A stretch of 64,000 nt of DNA from a phage: the sequence record PV467748.1; one strand, 5' to 3'. The position numbers and the translations under genes are program-made. The number at the start of each line of letters is the position of its first letter. The first letter of the stretch is position 1. The notes under the pieces are model-generated. The model saw only the letters and a list, made by a program, of their open reading frames with translations. It had not been told where the DNA came from and made no database searches. This document shows, one piece after another, positions 56,634-64,000 of this stretch.

Positions 56634-56848
56634 TTCACTTCCTCACCTGTTCCAATATCATATTCTACCAAACGAAGGCCGTCAGTCCAGCCTTGCACCG
56701 AGATATACGTAGTCGGGTAAATCACTTCTTTACCATTCCACTGACCGCCGTCCCAGACTTCCAGAAAGTCTTGTTCACCCGGCCCATTAAACCATTCAAC
56801 AAATCTCTTCAGAGCTTCATCAGAGCCTTCAATTGTCAATTTAGACAT
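56630..56848 (-). CDS. hypothetical protein (72 aa)
   Basis: ORF only. Confidence 0.4.
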   Translation of the reverse strand: MSKLTIEGSDEALKRFVEWFNGPGEQDFLEVWDGGQWNGKEVIYPTTYISVQGWTDGLRLVEYDIGTGEEVK

Positions 56849-57137
56849 ATTTTTTCCAGTCAGAAATCATATGAATCTCTTGGTCATACGTCAAGAGACT
56901 GCGAGTAATAATACCCTTACACGGCCCAGAGATGAACTCGAGAGTGAAGTAAGGAACCTGTTTCATTAATCGGATGCTTGGGGCATGACATCTAAAACGA
57001 GAGCCCTTAAAGGGCCCTGACATGAATACATATTCTAATGGATAGAAATAAGCATATTCGAAATTTGCAGTAAGGTCCTCTCTTCGAACCTTACGTGAGA
57101 AATAACAGAACTCAAAAAGTTCTTCATCAGTCATCAT
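56841..57137 (-). CDS. hypothetical protein (98 aa)
   Basis: ORF only. Confidence 0.4.
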   Translation of the reverse strand: MMTDEELFEFCYFSRKVRREDLTANFEYAYFYPLEYVFMSGPFKGSRFRCHAPSIRLMKQVPYFTLEFISGPCKGIITRSLLTYDQEIHMISDWKKYV

Positions 57138-57661
57138 TGCATTCCTATCACAAAGAACAGCGGCAGAGGTTTAGAACCCTGGCACATAAATTTGTTAATC
57201 ATTACCTGGTAAGCTTCATAGAACTTATCCATCGATGGAAGGCGCATTGGCTCTTCGATAATAATCAATAATCGAGTAACTGATAGACCACGATACTTAT
57301 GGAAGTTATCTTCGTCTAAAAATGATCGCACGGTATCATATACAATAAACCCAGGACCTTCTACTTGAAGATGTGGATGAGCCTTAGAAACCCTTTTTAT
57401 TACATTACAGATTTCGCGTGACCGGTGCGAAGAACTCGACATAACAATCACATCATTACCCTTGGAAACCCAATCAGCTGCGAACTGGGCAAGGGCACTT
57501 GTTTTACCTGTTTGGCGTCCACCGTCAAGTCGAAGAGTACCAAACTCTTGCATTCTTGAAGTAGGTTCGTACCAGGTGTATTGGTTTGAGTCTAAACGTT
57601 CAATGGCGCGTTCAGCGAAGGCGTGCATTAAGGTTAGATAAATGGGAGTTAAAAATTTCAT
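57134..57661 (-). CDS. P-loop NTPase (175 aa)
   Basis: Walker A GGRQTGKTSA, Walker B LLIIIEEP. Confidence 0.5.
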   Translation of the reverse strand: MKFLTPIYLTLMHAFAERAIERLDSNQYTWYEPTSRMQEFGTLRLDGGRQTGKTSALAQFAADWVSKGNDVIVMSSSSHRSREICNVIKRVSKAHPHLQVEGPGFIVYDTVRSFLDEDNFHKYRGLSVTRLLIIIEEPMRLPSMDKFYEAYQVMINKFMCQGSKPLPLFFVIGMQ

Positions 57662-57810
57662 AGTGGTCTCTTAGTTGTGGGGCCATTCCTTGGCACATAA
57701 TTCATCCCTTTCTGCATTTACCCATTACCGCACTTGGGCTCGACCTTATTACAGGTTGGCGGGAGTCCCTCACAGAATTGTGAGGTCCAGGTTGCTCCCA
57801 TTTTTAAAGA
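57662..57810 (-). other. GC-rich structured intergenic element (possible small RNA or regulatory structure)
   Basis: nested inverted repeats (cctcaca-gaat-tgtgagg flanked by gggag/ctccc and ccgc/gcgg); GC content well above neighbours; no promoter cassette. Confidence 0.25.
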
Positions 57811-58170
57811 TTAAAGATGGTCGAGTGCCGGGTTATGAGGCTTTTCTGCTTTAGCAGTATTTTTGTGCCAATCTGATTTAGAAACACGAATTGCATCCGC
57901 ACCGTAAGAGCTCTTAAGGAGGCCCTTTTTATTGTAAACACTTATAGAAGTAAGGGTGTCACCATTCCAAGTAGCATGGACGAAGTTGGATTTAGATTTA
58001 AGTTCTTTAGCCAGGCTCTGGTTGGTAGCCATGGAAGCAAAGTCTTTACCTGTAACTTTAAAAACTTCAGATGGGTTCAGCCCTTCTTTAGCCTTAGCCA
58101 ATTGTTCAGGAGACATAGCTTCGTTAATGCGCTGAGTAGATTCAGTAATAAATTGTTGGTAAGTTTTCAT
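57811..58170 (-). CDS. internal (capsid-targeted) protein
   Basis: N-terminal MKTYQQFITE matches the T4 internal-protein capsid-targeting sequence. Confidence 0.6.
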   Translation of the reverse strand: MKTYQQFITESTQRINEAMSPEQLAKAKEGLNPSEVFKVTGKDFASMATNQSLAKELKSKSNFVHATWNGDTLTSISVYNKKGLLKSSYGADAIRVSKSDWHKNTAKAEKPHNPALDHL

Positions 58171-58212
58171 ATTATTCCTTAAGTTGATAGAAGTATTCTA
58201 TCACGGATTTAA

Positions 58213-58629
58213 TTAAGCGTAAATAGCCTTGCCGTAATGTTTGTACCAGGTAGGACGCTGTGCAATTTTTTCGTCCAAACGAGCTTGTGAAATGGCGATA
58301 GAAGCTTCGTGAGGAACATAATCACCACGGAATTCCTGAGGAATGTCACTAATGTCCTGGACCGTAGTATCCTTGATATTAAAGCCACGTTTTAAACATT
58401 CAGCTATAAGCTCAATTTGACGCTTACGTAAAAATTCAAGCTTATCATAAAAGAATGTAACGTGGCCTGTACCAAGGATAAAAGTAGGACTGATTTTAAA
58501 ATCACGAACACGTTTACCGTTAGCAACATGCTTACGAACTGCACCGAAAACACGTGGTAATTCACGATATTCGGCCATTAAGTGTTGGTCAGCCAATTCA
58601 GATACTAAGGTAAGGTTGATACGAGTCAT
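58213..58629 (-). CDS. denV: endonuclease V (pyrimidine-dimer DNA glycosylase)
   Basis: 138 aa, near-identical to remembered T4 DenV ([31 protein letters not shown]...). Confidence 0.95.
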   Translation of the reverse strand: MTRINLTLVSELADQHLMAEYRELPRVFGAVRKHVANGKRVRDFKISPTFILGTGHVTFFYDKLEFLRKRQIELIAECLKRGFNIKDTTVQDISDIPQEFRGDYVPHEASIAISQARLDEKIAQRPTWYKHYGKAIYA

Positions 58630-58680
58630 TTTTAATCTCCTGTAGTTGATAGGTCTATAGTATCATGCCTACAGGAGATG
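58630..58680 (-). promoter_or_regulatory. T4-type early promoter upstream of denV
   Basis: minus GTGTACATCTCCTGTAGGCATGATACTATAGACC with flanking dyad CTCCTGTAG/CTACAGGAG. Confidence 0.55.
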
Positions 58681-58711
58681 TACACTGCTTTTTATCTATA
58701 AGAGGGCTTTA

Positions 58712-59308
58712 TTAATTACCACGGGCTGCATTAGCAACGGCGTAAGCGTACTGAACATTAGCGTCTTTAAACGTACCTTTAGAGGTATCTATTTCTGCCT
58801 TAAAGCCACCTTTAGCCATAACATCAGCAAATTCTTTACGGAAAGCCATTGCATCAAGACCTTTCCATGTTGATTTGTGCTTGGCAAATTCAAGACCGGC
58901 GAAGTTGACAGCCTTAGCCAATTTATTATCAATAGTCCATTTACCTGCTTTAGGTACAACTACCGGGCCTTTCTGTTTAGAGAACAGTTTTAAATTCCAG
59001 CGACGAAGGTCGCCGTCAGCTTTAACAAAAGCTGCGTCCAAGTTACTAGCAACAACATCCTGAATATGGCCAAATTTAAGCCCATCAGCTTCAATATTTA
59101 GGTCGTTACGCCAGCGAAGTCCTTCCCAGGCGAAAGCTTTAAAGTCAGAAGCTTTTGTAGCTAAGTACCGTTCAATAGGAGCTGTTTTAGCATCAAAACC
59201 GTTTCCTGGGCGATCAACGCCGTTTCCTCGGTAAGTCCACTCATCTTTATTAATGCCTTGGACCTTTCCTACAGAAGCTTCGGCGATAAATTCTTTATAC
59301 GTTTTCAT
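58712..59308 (-). CDS. internal (capsid-targeted) protein, 198 aa
   Basis: N-terminal MKTYKEFIAE targeting sequence; early promoter and SD AAGGAA upstream. Confidence 0.6.
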   Translation of the reverse strand: MKTYKEFIAEASVGKVQGINKDEWTYRGNGVDRPGNGFDAKTAPIERYLATKASDFKAFAWEGLRWRNDLNIEADGLKFGHIQDVVASNLDAAFVKADGDLRRWNLKLFSKQKGPVVVPKAGKWTIDNKLAKAVNFAGLEFAKHKSTWKGLDAMAFRKEFADVMAKGGFKAEIDTSKGTFKDANVQYAYAVANAARGN

Positions 59309-59390
59309 ACGGGTTCCTTAAAGGTAAATATTTTAATTGGTCTGTTCAAGTAACTGTATATATACTATCACAATTCTAGGAGATGTAAAC

Positions 59391-59789
59391 TTATTTGTAA
59401 GTTTTCATCCAATTCTTGAACAAAGCCGCGACGTCTTTCTCTTTAACGTTCAGTTTAACGTCCAGCATTTTGCCACCAGCGGCACGTGTCTGACGAATCT
59501 TAGCCGTACCGGTTTCGCCGTTCCACTCAACATAATACTGTCCGGTGTTCATAGCGATACCATCGCCATAGTCTTCATTTTTAGAAGTGGTGAATGCCAG
59601 CTTCATAGTCTTAGATACACGAGCCTGCATGCCTGACTGTAGAGCGTTACGAACGCGAATAACCTGAGGAGTGGCCTGGGTCAGGTTCTCGTTCAGTTCT
59701 TCGGTGAACTCTTCGGATTCGAACATCGCCAAAAGTTCTTTAGATGCAGGAACTACATTCTCTGCGATAAATTCATTATAAGTTTTCAT
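59391..59789 (-). CDS. internal (capsid-targeted) protein, 132 aa
   Basis: N-terminal [10 protein letters not shown]; C-terminus ends ...NWMKTYK. Confidence 0.6.
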   Translation of the reverse strand: MKTYNEFIAENVVPASKELLAMFESEEFTEELNENLTQATPQVIRVRNALQSGMQARVSKTMKLAFTTSKNEDYGDGIAMNTGQYYVEWNGETGTAKIRQTRAAGGKMLDVKLNVKEKDVAALFKNWMKTYK

Positions 59790-60270
59790 ATGCTTTCCAA
59801 GTACCTGTTTTAAATGTTGAAATCACGCGCTTAGCACGGTTAGGAGTTTGCTTGTACCAACGAGATTGAGCCAGGTTAACTGCCGCATCGTTCCAACGTT
59901 TCTGTTGGAGCATACGTAAAGAGTTAGTGAACCCTGCTACACCTGCTTCACCCATTTGGAAGACCATATTAATCAATGCGCAACGACGAACTTCGTCCAA
60001 CACATCATAAACCGGTTTCAATTTAGGATTACGCATTATAGCTCTACGAGCATTTTCCACTGAACGATTAAAGAGTTGTTCGGCTTCAGCCATAGTAATA
60101 CGACCATTACAAACTCGACCCATAAGCTTATCAAGTTCAGCGCGGGCAACATCTTTAGATGGGTTCTTGGTAACTAACTGGCCAATACCAATAGTCCAAT
60201 AACCTTCAGTGTCTTTATAAAGATTTAAATCAAGACCTTCGTCTTGACGTAACATATCAAAAATATCCAT
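59776..60270 (-). CDS. e: lysozyme (endolysin, T4 e type)
   Basis: 164 aa; [23 protein letters not shown]...[29 protein letters not shown] collinear with remembered T4 lysozyme. Confidence 0.95.
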   Translation of the reverse strand: MDIFDMLRQDEGLDLNLYKDTEGYWTIGIGQLVTKNPSKDVARAELDKLMGRVCNGRITMAEAEQLFNRSVENARRAIMRNPKLKPVYDVLDEVRRCALINMVFQMGEAGVAGFTNSLRMLQQKRWNDAAVNLAQSRWYKQTPNRAKRVISTFKTGTWKAYENL

Positions 60271-60300
60271 AATACCTCCTGAGTATAGGAGGTATTTATA
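60271..60300 (-). promoter_or_regulatory. late promoter TATAAATA plus SD-sequestering hairpin for e
   Basis: plus tatttata at 60293-60300; inverted repeat cctcct-gagtat-aggagg at 60275-60292 pairs the SD with an upstream anti-SD. Confidence 0.6.
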
Positions 60301-60750
60301 TCAAAAGAGCGAATCTAAAACCTTAAACATCGACGGGCCCATGACATATTTCCATTGTGGACGTTTAATCAAGGCAAAGGCATCGAATTCAGGAATCGTA
60401 CGACCATCAGGGAACGTATGGTAAGCTGTACATTTGCAATTCTTGAACTGCTCGTGTTCCACAGGCACAGTATATAAGAACAGGTGTAGATTCTTATTGC
60501 TTGAATATTTGAACTCGCCTAGGTCTTTCAGGAATGCAGGATCGTATGCCGTGAATCCAATCTCTTCTTCGGTTTCACGCATTGCGGCTTGAATAGGCTC
60601 TTCGCCTGGTTCTACATGACCTTTAGGAATGTCCCATTTATGACGCATGTTCTCTGGATTACGAGAGCCTGTTACACGACCCATAACTAGTTCTTTATCA
60701 ACGGTCATGAACAAAATACCGGCAGATAGTTCTTTCACTTTCTTACTCAT
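60301..60750 (-). CDS. nudE: Nudix hydrolase
   Basis: Nudix box GHVEPGEEPIQAAMRETEEEIGF; position upstream of e; ATG at 60750. Confidence 0.8.
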   Translation of the reverse strand: MSKKVKELSAGILFMTVDKELVMGRVTGSRNPENMRHKWDIPKGHVEPGEEPIQAAMRETEEEIGFTAYDPAFLKDLGEFKYSSNKNLHLFLYTVPVEHEQFKNCKCTAYHTFPDGRTIPEFDAFALIKRPQWKYVMGPSMFKVLDSLF

Positions 60751-60979
60751 CGTCTCGTTTCCATGATTGGTTAAAAATATCTTGCATAATAATTTGAAGT
60801 CTATTTTCTGATGATGGACTTTCACTATCAGACACTTGAAGCATATAGTCACCAATAGGACAGAACATATTCATATCGCTTTCTAAATCTTCTTTGATTT
60901 TCTCTTCTGACGTTCCGGTATCATAGGAATACAGATAAGAATCACATGACTCAGATTTAATATAAATTGCAATACTCAT
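60743..60979 (-). CDS. hypothetical acidic protein (78 aa)
   Basis: ORF only. Confidence 0.4.
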   Translation of the reverse strand: MSIAIYIKSESCDSYLYSYDTGTSEEKIKEDLESDMNMFCPIGDYMLQVSDSESPSSENRLQIIMQDIFNQSWKRDDE

Positions 60980-61569
60980 TTACGGCATTCCTTAATAAAC
61001 TCATTTAAATTATGTTTGTTTTTACCTTCGTCGTAAAGACGTTGTTGACGACGTAAACGCCATGGCATTTCAATAGCCAAGCACCAAATACTTAAAGCAG
61101 CGCCAGCTGTGAAAAGATTCATTAATCCGGCGCCAATAATAGTTCGTTCTAGCGCATCATTCCAGTTAGCATCGATTAAAAATGAACTCAACACTAACAT
61201 TGGAAGTAAAGTAATAAAATACGCTACAACATATCGTCCGAACGTAAGCCATTCAGTATCGATGAGCTTAGCCTTTCCATCTTGGAGACAAATATACTTA
61301 TCGTCAGTGCGGGTGATTTTCTTTACCGGTTGCCAACCATTTACGATATAACCCATTCTGAACTCCTCAATTAAAAGCTGTTTCATTTCGGCAGTACAAC
61401 CTGACCAATCTATTGTACTGGCTGAAATTCCTTCATCACCGTCATCGATATTTCGCCAGGACTTTTTAATAATCATAGTCTCACCACTTGGGATAATAAT
61501 TCCGGCATTTTCCGACCGACGGATGAAGTTTGTATCAATACCCATACAACCAGGTTCATAAAGGGCCAT
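60976..61569 (-). CDS. membrane protein (197 aa)
   Basis: C-terminal hydrophobic segments. Confidence 0.45.
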   Translation of the reverse strand: MALYEPGCMGIDTNFIRRSENAGIIIPSGETMIIKKSWRNIDDGDEGISASTIDWSGCTAEMKQLLIEEFRMGYIVNGWQPVKKITRTDDKYICLQDGKAKLIDTEWLTFGRYVVAYFITLLPMLVLSSFLIDANWNDALERTIIGAGLMNLFTAGAALSIWCLAIEMPWRLRRQQRLYDEGKNKHNLNEFIKECRK

Positions 61570-62255
61570 TACCAGCCCTCCATAGGAAATTCCAGATATA
61601 CTTGAGCATTAACGCGGATTTCATTTGTAATCTTTTTAACACGGTCGGTATTACGAGACACACGACCAAACCAGCGCCACCCGTTACTTACTGCACGAGA
61701 ACCTGTATGCCATGTTTGCCAATCAAACTGGAGTAACGTGCGGTCAGGAGCATCCCACTTGGTTAATTCATTGGACTCAATTTTTTCCAGAACTTCTTTA
61801 TGCCACTGGCGATAGATAAGTTCGCCTTCAGGAATCTGACTGAACCAGGCAGTTCCGGTTGCAAAATGAGTAGGACACACATCAGCGTTAACAAGACCAA
61901 GAATATGTTCAGAATGGTATCGAGGATTATCATAATCAGGTTGGCCTGCGGTAATAAAGTGTTGACCCACCGGAATATCCGGGCGTGGTACATCATCATG
62001 GTGATAACCTGGGATAGCAGGATACCAACCAGGCATCAGCATATGAACCCGAGAATCAAATACGCATTCAACGGCTTTCCACTCATCAGGGAGATTAGTA
62101 ATAAAGCTACGAGTAATAGGACCACCATTTTGTGCAGCAAAATTCAAATCGCAGTTAAAGAACATAGGCTCGTTTTTAATATCATCATTAGAAATATGAC
62201 CTGCAAAACCACCTACTGCACGAGCTTTAGAATTAAAAGTTTTTGGACCGTTCAT
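61569..62255 (-). CDS. hypothetical protein (228 aa)
   Basis: ORF only; His/Asp-rich stretches. Confidence 0.45.
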   Translation of the reverse strand: MNGPKTFNSKARAVGGFAGHISNDDIKNEPMFFNCDLNFAAQNGGPITRSFITNLPDEWKAVECVFDSRVHMLMPGWYPAIPGYHHDDVPRPDIPVGQHFITAGQPDYDNPRYHSEHILGLVNADVCPTHFATGTAWFSQIPEGELIYRQWHKEVLEKIESNELTKWDAPDRTLLQFDWQTWHTGSRAVSNGWRWFGRVSRNTDRVKKITNEIRVNAQVYLEFPMEGW

Positions 62256-62269
62256 AATATTTTCCTCAC

Positions 62270-62482
62270 TTACTTTTTGTTGAAAAAGTACATTTTACCT
62301 TTAGGAGATAAGGATACACGAAGGGCGTTACCAATACCAACTGAACATTTAACCAGGTCAGCAGATTTCAATTCACCAAATGCTTGACGAAGGTCTCCAT
62401 CACGGGTGTTAACCATCAGGCATTTAGCACCAGCTGCACGAACTTCGTTTAACATGTTGATTGCTTGGTTAGAAAGTTTCAT
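62270..62482 (-). CDS. hypothetical protein (70 aa; start refined)
   Basis: SD GGAG before ATG at 62482; early promoter at 62505-62550. Confidence 0.4.
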   Translation of the reverse strand: MKLSNQAINMLNEVRAAGAKCLMVNTRDGDLRQAFGELKSADLVKCSVGIGNALRVSLSPKGKMYFFNKK

Positions 62483-62560
62483 TTTATTCTCCATTTCACT
62501 CTGTTGTTTTGATAGGTCTATAGTATCACACCTATAGACCTTGTACACTGTTTTGTGCAA

Positions 62561-63520
62561 TTATTTTTCGAAAGGACGAATTAAATGATGGTTATCTTGG
62601 AAACGCTTGATGTAGTCGTTTTCACCTAAAGTCTTATACATATTCACTACAGCTTGGTAGTTTTCCCAGGCGTACTCGCGGAACCAACCTGAAGTGATTG
62701 AGGTACACACTTTCTCAAGAGCCATATAAAAACTTAATGATGGTGAAATATTGAAATCATTAGGAACCTGTGAACGTTCTAGTGCCAGGACACAAGTTTC
62801 TTCATATACACCAGCCAGTTTAATAGCTTCAGGCAAAGCCTCGAACTTCTCACGAGAGGTCATGACTTCAGAACCTTCCTTCATATAAAAGGTATATGCA
62901 GGGCGTCCAGCCAATGCTACTGCTTCATGAATAGAGTCATGGTCCAGCGTATAAATGGTATCATTAAAGAACGATGATTTGTTTACGTCCAATTTAGGGT
63001 GAGAATAGCTCAACGTTTCTTTTTGACGTTGCAACATAATTTCCTGGAGTTCTTCGTTCAGGGTGATACCTTTATTACGAAGGTATTTGATGTGGGACAT
63101 AGTTTTCAAGAAGAACGGATTATTCTTCAGGAAACGATGAGAGGTTTTGATAGCCAGACAGATATCAGGGGTTGCCCAATAGAAACCAGTAAGACGGTCC
63201 TTTTTAATATGATTTTCAGCATATTTCAGGAGACGATAGCTTGAAGTGAAATCTTCGTCTTGAAGCTCACCGGTAATTTCTCGTACGTTAGTCAGGGCAC
63301 GAACGATATAAGCTTCAAAATAGGTTTCTTTACCGTTGTACATGCATTTAAAAGCCTGGACATCAGGGTTATCCACAGGAACATGAGCGCCGAACATACG
63401 TGCTTTAAAGTGATTCCATGAGCCTTGGTCGGCAATGAAATCCCAATCAGAATTTTCGATATGCTTACTTTCAATCAGACCTGCGTGGTGCAGTGCACGA
63501 GAACCAATAACTAGCATCAT
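62561..63520 (-). CDS. hypothetical protein (319 aa)
   Basis: SD GAGGAAA; loose GS...DWD nucleotidyltransferase-like pattern, not convincing. Confidence 0.45.
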   Translation of the reverse strand: MMLVIGSRALHHAGLIESKHIENSDWDFIADQGSWNHFKARMFGAHVPVDNPDVQAFKCMYNGKETYFEAYIVRALTNVREITGELQDEDFTSSYRLLKYAENHIKKDRLTGFYWATPDICLAIKTSHRFLKNNPFFLKTMSHIKYLRNKGITLNEELQEIMLQRQKETLSYSHPKLDVNKSSFFNDTIYTLDHDSIHEAVALAGRPAYTFYMKEGSEVMTSREKFEALPEAIKLAGVYEETCVLALERSQVPNDFNISPSLSFYMALEKVCTSITSGWFREYAWENYQAVVNMYKTLGENDYIKRFQDNHHLIRPFEK

Positions 63521-63547
63521 AATATTTTCCTCATTAATAAAGACGAG

Positions 63548-63700
63548 TTACTTCATATTTACCCAGTTCAGATTTTTTGCTTCAATACGCGTTGCGGCTA
63601 GATTAGCAGCCTCTAGTGAAGAAAATTGGACCACTTGGGAAGTATTCTGCCTTACGCCACCTTGTGGGTGAGTAACAAAAACAATAAGAACATTATACAT
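63548..63700 (-). CDS. small protein (50 aa), not in the ORF track
   Basis: SD GAGGAAA before ATG at 63700. Confidence 0.3.
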   Translation of the reverse strand: MYNVLIVFVTHPQGGVRQNTSQVVQFSSLEAANLAATRIEAKNLNWVNMK

Positions 63701-63721
63701 AATATTTTCCTCAGAGTAAAC

Positions 63722-63961
63722 TTAAATTTCAGCAACGTAATCGTTATGCAATTCCCACATATCATCAGAATTATTCTTAATGATAGGAATTATCTCATTA
63801 GAGATTTCTTCTGCATAAGGGTCATTGATACAGTGAGCATCTTCAAAACTAACACCGTAATCAGACTTCTTATAGGCAAAGCCATAAATCTTTTTAAACT
63901 TGACACGACTAATTCGTACCGGCTCATCAGACTTATCAGACAATGGAGAGTAATACCACAT
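63722..63961 (-). CDS. hypothetical protein (79 aa)
   Basis: ORF with SD. Confidence 0.4.
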   Translation of the reverse strand: MWYYSPLSDKSDEPVRISRVKFKKIYGFAYKKSDYGVSFEDAHCINDPYAEEISNEIIPIIKNNSDDMWELHNDYVAEI

Positions 63962-64000
63962 ATGTTCTCCTCGTTTGTGTAGGGTAATAGTAACATGATT

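Noticed and set aside
57662-57810. Possible tRNA gene in the GC-rich intergenic region
   Set aside because: Neither strand gives an acceptor stem, T-loop (GTTCRA) or 7-nt anticodon loop; the central hairpin has a 4-nt loop.
1-64000. Prophage or bacterial chromosomal context (integrase, attachment sites, host genes)
   Set aside because: No integrase, tRNA or host housekeeping genes were seen; gene content and order are those of a lytic T4-like phage.

Overview
This window is a T4-like (Tevenvirinae) phage early/middle region, almost entirely on the minus strand, with T4 synteny from rIIA at the left edge to the nudE/e.x genes at the right. Order with increasing coordinate: rIIA, rIIA.1, 39 (605-aa contiguous topoisomerase subunit, no gene-60 bypass), dexA, dda, srd, modA, modB, soc, 56, 61, sp, two dmd copies, 41, 40, uvsX, 42, imm, 43, regA, 62, 44, 45, rpbA, 46, 47, 55, 49, nrdC, rI, tk, regB, denV, internal proteins, e, nudE. 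Identifications rest on reading the translations against remembered T4 proteins and motifs; no database search was run. Intergenic regions carry recurring T4-type early promoters (GTTTAC-N17-TACTAT/TATAAT), TATAAATA late promoters before soc and e, and UUCG-tetraloop terminators. The main finding is a cassette between 42 and 43 that T4 lacks: a Tmk-like P-loop kinase, a HAD phosphatase and a 567-aa nucleotidyltransferase/kinase fusion, next to an unrecognised 297-aa protein in the beta-gt slot and with no alpha-gt between 47 and 55. Together with dCMP hydroxymethylase and dCTPase this suggests a non-glucose hmC hypermodification pathway (inference). Other notable points are a perfect 127-bp tandem duplication that frameshifts a 281-codon gene, tandem dmd paralogs, three internal-protein genes with a recombination footprint, a GC-rich structured intergenic element, one plus-strand small membrane ORF, a macro-domain/lytic-transglycosylase cluster and a pol-beta nucleotidyltransferase beside an AAA+ ATPase.
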